A DNA stretch of 61,191 nt, from positions 1 through 61,191 of IMG/VR virus record IMGVR_UViG_3300033150_001094; one strand, given 5' to 3'. Source of the DNA: a virus. Below, one piece after another: positions 39,598-48,885 of the stretch; within the stretch, counting starts at the first letter, position 1, and every line of letters begins with the position of its first letter. The notes beneath the pieces were generated by a model. It ran no database searches, was not told the origin of the DNA, and saw only the letters and a program-made list of their open reading frames with translations. A program made the position numbers and the translations under genes.

Positions 39598-40098
39598 CTA
39601 GATGCTGGCCTCGCTGTACAAGGCGTCCCTCCGAAAACGAAACCTCACGCCTATGTCGAGGGCCACCGCCCATCCAGCCGGTAAACCATCACGCCGCAGT
39701 TGGCCGCCAATCACTTCACTGCCAGACACAACAGGATTGCCGTTCCAGGTGTAATTCCGCAGCTTTTCACCAAGGGTACTGCCGACGGCCAAGATGGCCC
39801 ACAACACGTCTAAGGCACTCAACTGCTTGTCGTGCCCGCCGAACACCACCACGGAATACTTGACACGCATATCAGAATCGGCTACCGTCCCGTACGGCTC
39901 AAAGGTCACTTCGTTCACCAGAACAGCAACCGCGGGTGCGATTGCCTCAGTACGCAGTTCTTCGGCGTATGCCTTGGACGCCGTCGGGTCCAGCCAATGT
40001 TTCAGTCGGCCGCGTGTACTGACAAGTGCGCTGAACGCACTGGAATCTTCCAGTTCGGCCCAAATCAGATTCCATACTCCTTTGATGGCATTGGTCAT
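39598..40098 (-). CDS. virion structural protein (166 aa)
   Basis: ATGA-type overlap with the adaptor gene. Confidence 0.5.
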   Translation of the reverse strand: MTNAIKGVWNLIWAELEDSSAFSALVSTRGRLKHWLDPTASKAYAEELRTEAIAPAVAVLVNEVTFEPYGTVADSDMRVKYSVVVFGGHDKQLSALDVLWAILAVGSTLGEKLRNYTWNGNPVVSGSEVIGGQLRRDGLPAGWAVALDIGVRFRFRRDALYSEASI

Positions 40099-40478
40099 TT
40101 CTTCACCAATCCCACGTCAAGAGTGCCGTTGCGAATCCCCTGAATAACCTCCCATGCCCACTTCTTTTTGAACAGCATTCGATGTACGGGCTCGCCTGTC
40201 TTGGGATCAATGTCGCTACTGCCCCTTGCCTCGTACAACCATACAGCCGCTAGCGTGGCCGAAACCTCGGTAATGAGCGTCGGCGTCGAACTGCTTTCAT
40301 CTTGCAGCGGAACCTTGTACCATGTGTTCCGCATGGCTGCGTCGATCTGTGCATCAGCTATCGTGATAGCGTATTCAATACGTTGCTCGACAGTCAGCCC
40401 GCCGCCCACATCCGCCCACTTGTCGGCGTTGTCGCCGACAATCTTGCGCACATCGCTGACGGTGCTATACGCCATCAT
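40095..40478 (-). CDS. head-tail connector/adaptor (gp6- / DUF1320-like)
   Basis: MMAYSTVSDVRKIVG...EQRIEYAITIADAQIDAAMR...LITEVSATLAAVWLYEARG is the typical pattern of this adaptor family. Confidence 0.5.
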   Translation of the reverse strand: MMAYSTVSDVRKIVGDNADKWADVGGGLTVEQRIEYAITIADAQIDAAMRNTWYKVPLQDESSSTPTLITEVSATLAAVWLYEARGSSDIDPKTGEPVHRMLFKKKWAWEVIQGIRNGTLDVGLVKK

Positions 40479-41623
40479 TGACTCTCCGAATAGAGAACCA
40501 CAGTAGATTGCCCCCCAGGCAATACCTGCAACTTCTGACCTTCCGCCAACAGTCGGTCCTGCCGCCGGGCCTCAGCCAGCGCTGTTCTGAGCCGCACATC
40601 AAGCTGCCGGCGGATAGTGTCTTTCACAGCGACCGACATTCCCACGTTCTGAGCAACCGCGGCGGCGTAGACAGGCCACAAAAAGTCCAGGTCCATCCAG
40701 CTCGACAACAGCAACTTCCGGGCGTCCGCCCAAGACGGTGGTGATGGCGTGACAATCGCCACGGTAGAGTCGCCACTGTCAATGGCCTCAATCATGCACT
40801 CATGATACGGCTGCTCTACGGCATACAAGCCGCCAGGAGCCTGTGTGGCTGTCCCGATACGCAACACGCACCCCACGGCATCGGACGGCCAGTCCACCGC
40901 CTGCGAACCATCCCACAGCTGAACCTTCGACTGGCTGTCATATTTCACATATTTGTCAGCCAAATCTGATTCAAATCCCGTTCTTACGGGGGGGCGATAG
41001 CTGCGGGTGTAGATTACCTCCAGCGTGCCACTAGTCTGTGGATAAGGATACACCCCCAACCGTCGCCATTCGGGAAAGGCGCGATGTGACCCCACCATAA
41101 AGTAAAGCGGTGTGCCGATGGGCGTGTATTGCAAAGTCTGCTCGATTGTCTTTGCGTCATGCACACCAACAAGCACGTTGCCGTTCCAGGTGACAGAATG
41201 CACATTGCTGATGGGGTGCGCGGTAGCGTACCATCCTTTCGCTACCGTCACTTGGGCGTTAGACTGATCCGAACCGAATAGGTCGGACTCCAGCTTTATC
41301 GTGTCACCGGTATTCCATGTGATGCGCGCATCGTTTGTGCCAGCCACAGCCACCTGTCCAGCCGCCCACGTGGGCCACGTGCCAGTTCCTAGCGTGGCCA
41401 ATCTGTCGGCTGCCGTATATGTGACGCCGGTTTTCGTAACAGCGTCCGGTGTCACAATCTTTTCTCGCATCTTGAGGGAACGCCAGGTAAGGCTGAACAC
41501 AAAGTTCAATGCGTTCATCGTGGCTTGCCTAAGCTGTTCGTTGTGCAAAGACAAGCCTAGCCTTTGCGCAGCCAGTGATGCCTCAAGCAGCGCGTCGTGC
41601 CACGTTGTCAGTCTTCGTTCCAT
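40475..41623 (-). CDS. virion structural protein (382 aa)
   Basis: Lies between the portal region and the adaptor. Confidence 0.55.
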   Translation of the reverse strand: MERRLTTWHDALLEASLAAQRLGLSLHNEQLRQATMNALNFVFSLTWRSLKMREKIVTPDAVTKTGVTYTAADRLATLGTGTWPTWAAGQVAVAGTNDARITWNTGDTIKLESDLFGSDQSNAQVTVAKGWYATAHPISNVHSVTWNGNVLVGVHDAKTIEQTLQYTPIGTPLYFMVGSHRAFPEWRRLGVYPYPQTSGTLEVIYTRSYRPPVRTGFESDLADKYVKYDSQSKVQLWDGSQAVDWPSDAVGCVLRIGTATQAPGGLYAVEQPYHECMIEAIDSGDSTVAIVTPSPPSWADARKLLLSSWMDLDFLWPVYAAAVAQNVGMSVAVKDTIRRQLDVRLRTALAEARRQDRLLAEGQKLQVLPGGQSTVVLYSESQ

Positions 41624-42042
41624 ATCTCGTCTCCACTGGTTTCTGGCACATCGTCACCGCTCAGCTGCTGGCGGATTTTCTCGCGGGCTTCGGCCCTTTC
41701 GTCATCGGACATCGGGCCAACTTCATGTTCCAGTCGTTCCAAGTGACGATCCACAATGTCATCAGCCACTTGATACTTCCTCGACGGTTCTCGGTCGGCG
41801 AATTGCGGTGGCGTGAAGTCCACGATTCCCCTCGCTTCTGCTTGATCTTCTTCGAGTATCCGGCGAATCTCGCTGCGGCTACTCACCACAGCGCGCTTGT
41901 CGCCGGGAAACCTTGCCAAACCGGGAATGTATGTGCCGCCCTGAAACAGCTGTTTGTCCGTTGGGGCGATGTTCACCAAAAACTTCTTGGAACGAAGATC
42001 GCGCCGTCGTCTTGCAATAAACGCTCGATCTCTCATCGTCAC
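41608..42042 (-). CDS. hypothetical acidic protein (144 aa)
   Basis: ATGA overlap with the portal stop. Confidence 0.5.
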   Translation of the reverse strand: MTMRDRAFIARRRRDLRSKKFLVNIAPTDKQLFQGGTYIPGLARFPGDKRAVVSSRSEIRRILEEDQAEARGIVDFTPPQFADREPSRKYQVADDIVDRHLERLEHEVGPMSDDERAEAREKIRQQLSGDDVPETSGDEIWNED

Positions 42043-43946
42043 ATGCTCTCCGTACGAGTACGTGCGCCTCTCTGCTGCGTTTGTTGCCGAGCAGCAGATT
42101 GGGCTTGCTGCTGAGCCAGTCTGGCCTGTACTTCGTCAGGCGTCAGCATGAACTCACTAAGATCGACATCCAGGATTCGTCCGAGCATTTCCACGATTTT
42201 GTTAAAGGGCCGGACGTTGCCAGTCTGGTACGCCTCCTGCAAGGCTAGGGTTCCGTACATCTGGGCAACAGCCTGGGCAACCTGCGACATATAGGCCGGG
42301 TCATGCCGCCTGCCGCTGCCCGTTGCTACGCTGTATTCGTACTCCGACACCGCCAGCAAAGGGTCGTCTGTGTTGATCTGCTCGATCCAAATCCTAGTCA
42401 ACGGGCCAGCAGGAATCTCGCCAACTTCGCCGACGGGCAAAGGTTCGCCAACCAAAGGCGCGATGGTATCCGCGCCAACATACAATCGCGTCAGAATGCC
42501 TTCCTTGCGAGATACCCTCGACATCCATTTCTCCACTGTGTCCGCCATATCCTTTGGGCGGGTAGAAAGGTGTGCCTCCCGTCTCCTGGACTCGAAAGCA
42601 CTGCGTGGCTCAGTCTCACCGGGCAGTCCGTACATCATCGGGTCCAGCATGACCGCCTGTTCAAAAGCCCGATTGATGATTTGCAGGACGGTCAGGATTT
42701 CTGGCTTCATCGGCGGAATCTCAATCGGAACAATGGCCTTTGCCATGTCCACGATCTGATCCTCGTCAACATACACAACCTCTACATCCCGGATACTCTC
42801 CTGCATCGTGTCAAGATCAATCTGCAATCCTCGCGGCGCAGCCACGATTACCTTGGCGTCCCACCGCACCCTCGACATGATATACCCATAGAGATGGTCC
42901 AGGAACGCCAAAAACGGAATGCCTGGTTCCAGCGGCGATCGCGCCCAAGGATTGTCCGCACAAGGGTAGAAGTCCAGGAAAGTCACAGGCCACGGATCGG
43001 TCACGTCGCCGTAAAGAGGCAAAGGCCACTCCAAAGCTTGGCGAAACTCCCCCTCGGTCTTCAAGTTCATGTCTGGCCGCAAGTTCAGTGGATACTCGAC
43101 GCCATCGGCTATCGCGAGCCAGCAAAACTGCCCCATTGACTCTAGGGCTGTCCACAGTTCGCCAAGGTCTTCGTCTTCCGGCCCCGCCAGCACATGACCA
43201 ATTCCAATGCGTGAGTAAATCTCGTAGTATTCGACGATCTCGGTCTCGTGTGCCCGCCTGTCCTCTGGGTCCAAGGAATCCGCTAAACTCTCAAGCACGG
43301 CGTCCGGTAGTCCCAAACGCGCTTGTGCCTGCCACTTCGGCATCCGGCGGCGGCGGATAATGTACCCTGCATCCCTTAACAGCTGAGCGTCGGGATCAAT
43401 CAACAGATTGCGCCACGAATCAAAGCTGCTGGTGACGAGCGTACGATTGCCGGCGTCAATGACCTCCGACCACAACATCCCGCGCCCATAAAGCAAGGCT
43501 TCCTGAACGGCCATCCGGGCTTCATACGTAAGGTCCGTCTCCTGTACGGTGTAATTCAGGTAAACCTCAAGCATCCACGCCGCTATGTCACGAACGGTCC
43601 GAAGTCCGCTAGGGTCCGACGCTCCCGCCTCTACCAATCTGGCAGGAATATGCTGCAAGCGAGGCATGACCACGCGCCGCGGAATCTTGGTAAGAACCGT
43701 CGGCACCATAAGGGCAAGAAACTCGTGAATCTTGTTCAGCTTGGGTTTGTAGAACGTATCAATTTCGGGCCAGGACGCCTCGCCCTCCACCAAGTCGTTC
43801 TCGCTGACAAGGTACACATCTTTGTACGAACGATTGTAGAGGATGTCGATTGTCCGCGCGACCTCGCCAAAGTAATAGTCGCGGGCCTTTTTGGCATTCT
43901 CAATTCTCTCCAGCCACTTCTTCACTATCTGATTGTACCACGGCAT
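42039..43946 (-). CDS. portal protein candidate
   Basis: 635 aa, close downstream of TerL. The call is based on size and position. Confidence 0.6.
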   Translation of the reverse strand: MPWYNQIVKKWLERIENAKKARDYYFGEVARTIDILYNRSYKDVYLVSENDLVEGEASWPEIDTFYKPKLNKIHEFLALMVPTVLTKIPRRVVMPRLQHIPARLVEAGASDPSGLRTVRDIAAWMLEVYLNYTVQETDLTYEARMAVQEALLYGRGMLWSEVIDAGNRTLVTSSFDSWRNLLIDPDAQLLRDAGYIIRRRRMPKWQAQARLGLPDAVLESLADSLDPEDRRAHETEIVEYYEIYSRIGIGHVLAGPEDEDLGELWTALESMGQFCWLAIADGVEYPLNLRPDMNLKTEGEFRQALEWPLPLYGDVTDPWPVTFLDFYPCADNPWARSPLEPGIPFLAFLDHLYGYIMSRVRWDAKVIVAAPRGLQIDLDTMQESIRDVEVVYVDEDQIVDMAKAIVPIEIPPMKPEILTVLQIINRAFEQAVMLDPMMYGLPGETEPRSAFESRRREAHLSTRPKDMADTVEKWMSRVSRKEGILTRLYVGADTIAPLVGEPLPVGEVGEIPAGPLTRIWIEQINTDDPLLAVSEYEYSVATGSGRRHDPAYMSQVAQAVAQMYGTLALQEAYQTGNVRPFNKIVEMLGRILDVDLSEFMLTPDEVQARLAQQQAQSAARQQTQQRGARTRTESM

Positions 43947-44574
43947 CGTTTGCTCCTTCGGTGGCAGGCACTAGCCCTTCTTGCGGCAAACCGGATCGCT
44001 CCCTGAGAACGTCCGCCAGCGTGTCCTTCCCAAGTTCAACGCAGAGACGAAACACCGTGTCAAGCAATACACCAACCCGATCATCATTGGCCGCCAGATA
44101 CCTCAACAGCATTACATAGATACGCCGCTGGAAATAGCCGCGCTCCCATGACCGAGTTAGCCGAAACACGCCGCGTTCTTGCATGTCTCGCCGCCGCAGA
44201 AGGCGCTGGTGCTCCTTGATTCGCGGATCATCCTCGTGCCACAGACCGTGCATCTCGGCCAGCCTTGGCCCAGGCAAAGCCACAAGGGCGTCAATCGAAT
44301 CGGTGCCAACCCTCGTCACCCATCCCAGCATCCATTCCGGCGCACCCGCATACCGTGCCACTGCTACGGTGTCGCCAATATCCAACAGCCCACAAATGTA
44401 CCGTGGTTTGGGTCGATACAATCGCAGGTCAACCAACTGTGAGACCTGGGATTTCAATGTGTCCATGATGGCGTTTACTACGTCTGCGTCGCTGATAGTC
44501 TTCCCAGACTGCATAGCTCTCCCTTTCCTTCTTCGCGCTAATGCGGTCCACGTAACGTGGGTTGACGGCCGCAA
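43900..44574 (-). CDS. hypothetical protein (start probably at internal Met 44514 or 44466)
   Basis: The ORF overlaps the TerL 3' end by 146 nt if the first Met is used. Confidence 0.45.
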   Translation of the reverse strand: MRPSTHVTWTALARRRKGRAMQSGKTISDADVVNAIMDTLKSQVSQLVDLRLYRPKPRYICGLLDIGDTVAVARYAGAPEWMLGWVTRVGTDSIDALVALPGPRLAEMHGLWHEDDPRIKEHQRLLRRRDMQERGVFRLTRSWERGYFQRRIYVMLLRYLAANDDRVGVLLDTVFRLCVELGKDTLADVLRERSGLPQEGLVPATEGANDAVVQSDSEEVAGEN

Positions 44575-46045
44575 GGTATTCCAGGCAATCCAGCAAGTCA
44601 GTCCGTTCCGACTTGCGCTTGTTCGGGTGCTTTGGGTCAGTCCGCACTGTTGATAACTGTCTTTCCAGGTCAGGCAACGTGCCTTTGAAAATCTTGAGCT
44701 TCGGCGTGCCAGCGAACGGCCCCGTTTCCCGAATCGACATCATTTGCCGCAACAGGTTTTGCCTCGCCGCAACATCGTTCGTGCCAGGCAAAAAACCATG
44801 TAGTGGACCTCGTGTGGCAACCTCTACATTGTATTCTTCCAGTGCTCGCCAATACTCGCTGGCAATCGTGCGACCATAGCCCATCGGCGTTTGCCTGCCG
44901 GCCGCGCAGTCAATCACAATTGCCTCGATGGTCCGGCCGTTGGTCATTCGCTTGACGGCAGCCGCCCACTCGCGGGCGTCGCTCTGCCTTAACACACACC
45001 CATCATAAACCCAAAGGTGCTTGTCGTCAGGGTCCACCGCCGCCAGCAGAGTGCCGCAATATTGCGTGCCGGGGTCCACAGCACAATAAACCGTCCAGTG
45101 CTCTGGAATCTCGAATGGTTCTACACCATGGACCGTCTGAGGGTCAAACCGCGGGTATATCCGCCACCCCTCAATTGAATGTTCGCCCAGGATACGAACG
45201 CGATATTCTTCTTCCGTTAGCATTGAAGCAAAGAGGCGCTTTTCTTCGTCTGTCACAAACGGGTTCCCCTCTAGCTTCATCTCTGTGATGGCAATGGCCT
45301 CGTCACCCAACCGGCCACGCTGCATCATCTCCCACAGCTGAATGTTGAAGCTTTGGGGGGTAGCCGTCCATACAGCCACAGACTTGTATCGCGGGCGCCC
45401 GAAGTCCAGAATGCCGCGCACCAACTCGTAATAGAATTGATCGTTGTAGATCGCCTCGTCAATCCAGCCGAAGTTATAGTGCCCGCCCTGCGGGGGGCGC
45501 CCAAGGCTACTATGGAACGAAATCCGCCAGCCGTCAGTCTCGACTACCTTGGGCACCCCCCTTTGACGGTCCTCGTATTTGATAGATTTGATGGCCCGCT
45601 TGGGAAGCAATGGTTCCGCCGCCACCCACTTATCCCTCTGCTCTGCGTCTTCTGGGTCCAAAGTCATAGTTACGGGGTCCCACCGCACAGCCCTCATTCG
45701 ACCCAGCTTCTTGTCGTAGACGCACCAGAAGGCCCCAGGCTCACTGAGCTTCCGCCATAGCTCGGCAATGTGTTCGGTATCCAGCCCGATCACGATAGCA
45801 CGACCTTCGCGCGGATACTTGCCGTAGGGGTCCATGCCGCGGATGGCCCGGCAGAACTCGACCGCCCCAACTAACGTCTTACCTGAGCGGTTCGGTCCCA
45901 CCACCAAACGCCACTTCGCCCTCTGCTTGTGAAATTCCACCGCCCAAGGAAACGGGCGGTACAGCTTCAGGGCGTCCCTGCGGCGCTTCAACACCTCTTT
46001 CAGGATCGCCAGTCTCGTCTTGTCTGTCGCCATCGCTCTCCACAA
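44429..46045 (-). CDS. terL: terminase large subunit
   Basis: Walker A VVGPNRSGKT, Walker B FGWIDEAIY, and nuclease-domain Asp contexts YCAVDPG and IVIDCAAG. Confidence 0.85.
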   Translation of the reverse strand: MWRAMATDKTRLAILKEVLKRRRDALKLYRPFPWAVEFHKQRAKWRLVVGPNRSGKTLVGAVEFCRAIRGMDPYGKYPREGRAIVIGLDTEHIAELWRKLSEPGAFWCVYDKKLGRMRAVRWDPVTMTLDPEDAEQRDKWVAAEPLLPKRAIKSIKYEDRQRGVPKVVETDGWRISFHSSLGRPPQGGHYNFGWIDEAIYNDQFYYELVRGILDFGRPRYKSVAVWTATPQSFNIQLWEMMQRGRLGDEAIAITEMKLEGNPFVTDEEKRLFASMLTEEEYRVRILGEHSIEGWRIYPRFDPQTVHGVEPFEIPEHWTVYCAVDPGTQYCGTLLAAVDPDDKHLWVYDGCVLRQSDAREWAAAVKRMTNGRTIEAIVIDCAAGRQTPMGYGRTIASEYWRALEEYNVEVATRGPLHGFLPGTNDVAARQNLLRQMMSIRETGPFAGTPKLKIFKGTLPDLERQLSTVRTDPKHPNKRKSERTDLLDCLEYLAAVNPRYVDRISAKKERESYAVWEDYQRRRRSKRHHGHIEIPGLTVG

Positions 46046-46394
46046 TCCCCGCCTCTTTCGCCAGCATTTGCAGTTCCTCGTCAGACAGACTACTCAGATC
46101 GTCGATTTCGTCAATCCTAGAAAGTGCTGTGAGGATCGCGCTCTCCAGGCGAATCCGCGGATTCGATCCGGGCTTGCACGCTTGCATGTCTTCGAGCATC
46201 ATGCGGGCAAATGCTGCTGGCCCGCCGCATTGCTCAATGAATGCCTTGCATACCGTTCCAAGGCTGATGGTGCCAACACCGGCCTTCACTTCCGTAGCCA
46301 GTGCGGCAAAGAGTTCACTCTTTGATTGCTTTCCAGCTTTTCGGCGTGTACCACCAGCCGTTTTTCGTTTCTTGGCTTGTTGTTTGTCTGCCAT
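45879..46394 (-). CDS. terminase small subunit candidate
   Basis: Lys-rich N-terminus (MADKQQAKKRKTAGGTRRKAGKQ) immediately upstream of terL. The last ~55 codons overlap terL and look out of frame. Confidence 0.4.
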   Translation of the reverse strand: MADKQQAKKRKTAGGTRRKAGKQSKSELFAALATEVKAGVGTISLGTVCKAFIEQCGGPAAFARMMLEDMQACKPGSNPRIRLESAILTALSRIDEIDDLSSLSDEELQMLAKEAGIVESDGDRQDETGDPERGVEAPQGRPEAVPPVSLGGGISQAEGEVAFGGGTEPLR

Positions 46395-46681
46395 TCTAGC
46401 GTTCGTAACCTCCCGCGTCCCGTGACCACATCACCAATTTTCAGCCTGCTCATCAGGGCAACTAGCTCGCCAGTGGCATATACATATAGCACTTCTGGCT
46501 GAGTGGGGCCGACTTGCAACACTACATGCCCCGCTGGCACCTTCTGCCGAAACGGCCTCGCAAACTCCGGCGGTGCCACCACTACGCCAGTAAACTCCAC
46601 GGTGACACCAAGCCCCTTGACCTCTTGTATATCATCAGGCCGAAAGACGGCCCTAGACAAGCCCAAAGTCATCACCTGCAA
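46286..46681 (-). CDS. hypothetical protein, possibly OB-fold
   Basis: ...GDVVTGRGRLRTLEWQTNNKPRNEKRLVVHAEKLE is an SSB-like strand pattern. Weak evidence. Confidence 0.35.
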   Translation of the reverse strand: MQVMTLGLSRAVFRPDDIQEVKGLGVTVEFTGVVVAPPEFARPFRQKVPAGHVVLQVGPTQPEVLYVYATGELVALMSRLKIGDVVTGRGRLRTLEWQTNNKPRNEKRLVVHAEKLESNQRVNSLPHWLRK

Positions 46682-48221
46682 TCCTCACGTACATACCCGT
46701 TGCGTCATCGTCGGGCAAAGCCTCTGCTACTGCGCACACACGGTCACCACTGCTGGCCACTTTGGACACTCCACCCACTGACGTATCAGTCCCGTCGCCG
46801 AACGTCAACTCATTGTCAGACGACAAGAAATTGTACGCAGCAAACTTCGTCCATGCCGCTGAGCGTTGCACCTTGCTCAGCCGGAACTCACCCACTTCAC
46901 CCATTGCAGTGTTCGACTCGCCTGAGTCACCGATGTATAGCTGGTCCAATGAGTCTTGAGCGCCCGTCGTGGTGCCTGAAACGTCTTTTGCTACACCGTC
47001 CAATTCCAGCCTACTGTTGTTAATGTCCGAATCATTGCCACCTGGAATCGAAACGACCAGATAGTGATAATCGGTGTCCTCAATCTCGTTCAGCACGTCT
47101 ACGTTCCATGACCGCTGCGAGAGCCCCAAGATCAAATCCACTGTCTCAACGCCATACGAGAGGTACGCCGTCCCACCAGTATTCAAGCTGAATGCAATCG
47201 GGCCGCTGTCGCCGACGCCCGGCGTGGCAAACAACCACTCGACAGTCCATGCCGTCACGTTGGTAAGAGGATCGCACGCGATGCAGCCATCAAATGCCCC
47301 TAATGCGTTAAAGAATTGCCCTTTGCCCACCAATGAATCGATCTCTTGACTCTGCTTCCCAGACTTGGCGCCATCCATCCCCACTGTAGCCGCTACCTTC
47401 GAGCTGTCGCCAGGCTTATCGGCCATATGGGACACCCACAGATAGTCAGAGTCCCACACGCTGGCCGCATTTTCCAGTCCTTGCAACGCGGGTGGTCCAT
47501 ACTTCATCAAAAGTAGAGTGCCACTCGTGGATATGCTCGGTACTTGAACGAAAAAGGCACCGCTGGCGGCGCCATCACTGATACTGAATGAGACTTTTTC
47601 GTGAGGCAGCGGTGTATCAGTATCCGTGATGGCATAAAAGCAAATGTCTGAGCCATCCGGCAGGGCGTATGCACCAATCTCCGTGTCGTTCGTAAACGCC
47701 ACCAAAAGGGGGAACTTGGTAAGGGTGCTATCAACGTTATCACCCTTGACTGTAATCACCCGATTTCGCCGCCGGTAAGCGCCTGCAAGCCGCAACTTCG
47801 ATCCGGCCGTTACGCTGGGCGCCCTGGGTAGTCGAATCAGCCCCCGTTCAACCACAAAGGCAATGTCGTTCTGTCTCCATGGGTGTGGTTCTCGGCCGGG
47901 AATTAACAACCTGGGCCGCTGAGCGTACCTGTCCGCGATGCCCACAACATTCTTGCCGCTGCTGTCAAGCTCTACCCACGTTGCCTGATGGTAGGGAATG
48001 TCAAACCCCGCGGCATTTCGGACGGCACGAAGCACCATATTGCGCTGTGGATAGAAACTGTCAGCGGGCGCTCGCCACTCAAACAGTTTCCCCGCAAATC
48101 CCGACCCAAAATCCGAAGATACCAATCTCTCTTTTCTTGCATACGTCGTGTGCGGATGAAAGGGTAAGACTGCCTCTTGCCACATGATCGCACTCCACAA
48201 AAAAGGGGGAACCTGCCACAA
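46653..48221 (-). CDS. DUF2341-like plus LamG/concanavalin-like domain protein
   Basis: DICFYAITDTDTPLPHEKVSFSISDGAASGAFFVQVPSISTSGTLLLMKYG, then a lectin-fold-like C-terminal half (YHYLVVSIPGG...SRLELDGV). Confidence 0.5.
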   Translation of the reverse strand: MWQVPPFLWSAIMWQEAVLPFHPHTTYARKERLVSSDFGSGFAGKLFEWRAPADSFYPQRNMVLRAVRNAAGFDIPYHQATWVELDSSGKNVVGIADRYAQRPRLLIPGREPHPWRQNDIAFVVERGLIRLPRAPSVTAGSKLRLAGAYRRRNRVITVKGDNVDSTLTKFPLLVAFTNDTEIGAYALPDGSDICFYAITDTDTPLPHEKVSFSISDGAASGAFFVQVPSISTSGTLLLMKYGPPALQGLENAASVWDSDYLWVSHMADKPGDSSKVAATVGMDGAKSGKQSQEIDSLVGKGQFFNALGAFDGCIACDPLTNVTAWTVEWLFATPGVGDSGPIAFSLNTGGTAYLSYGVETVDLILGLSQRSWNVDVLNEIEDTDYHYLVVSIPGGNDSDINNSRLELDGVAKDVSGTTTGAQDSLDQLYIGDSGESNTAMGEVGEFRLSKVQRSAAWTKFAAYNFLSSDNELTFGDGTDTSVGGVSKVASSGDRVCAVAEALPDDDATGMYVRIAGDDFGLV

Positions 48222-48288
48222 CCATTGTAGCAGATTCCCCCTCCGGCCATAATACCTCCACGTCCACGCACGAGGAGAAGGAGGGCTC

Positions 48289-48873
48289 TCACTGCATCAA
48301 GTAAGGTTCGTCGAGCACGAGCACCTTCTTGCCTGCGGCATTGGCCCCACTTTGGACAGCTTCGAGGGCCAGTGCCACAACCATCTTGCTTGACGCTGCC
48401 TTTCGCAGCTCTGGCACACCGCCGTTTCCAAAGCAACACAGCGGGTCGCCAACAGCAATAGCGCTGTCATTGCCAGCGGCATCTGTGCCAGCCACAGCCG
48501 CAATTGCTACGCCTTTGTCCACGACGTAGCACACGTCGTACTGGCTGACTGTCGCGCCGTTCATGGCACGATCGACAGGTTTGACGATCTGCGTGCCGTC
48601 GATACCGGCACCGCCGGCGTCCGAAATCTTTTCGCCAGCGCTATCCAACACGGCGAGAGTGTCGGTGGAAAAGTCCAAGCCACCACTCTGATTACACTGG
48701 ACCGCTCTCAAACGAATCACGTGGGCCTTCGGGCTATTGGAGAAAGCATACCTGTCAAAATCCTCGTAGGTCTGCCCCCAGTACTCCTGCCCGAAGGTGC
48801 TGCTCAAATCGCAAACCCCATCCCCCAGGGTCTTGCCCCGAGGAAAGGGAAGGATGTTCGGAACCAATCCCAT
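48289..48873 (-). CDS. head-associated protein (decoration candidate)
   Basis: 194 aa directly after the capsid gene. A/G/V-rich C-terminal half. Confidence 0.4.
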   Translation of the reverse strand: MGLVPNILPFPRGKTLGDGVCDLSSTFGQEYWGQTYEDFDRYAFSNSPKAHVIRLRAVQCNQSGGLDFSTDTLAVLDSAGEKISDAGGAGIDGTQIVKPVDRAMNGATVSQYDVCYVVDKGVAIAAVAGTDAAGNDSAIAVGDPLCCFGNGGVPELRKAASSKMVVALALEAVQSGANAAGKKVLVLDEPYLMQ

Positions 48874-48885
48874 AGCGTACCTCCG

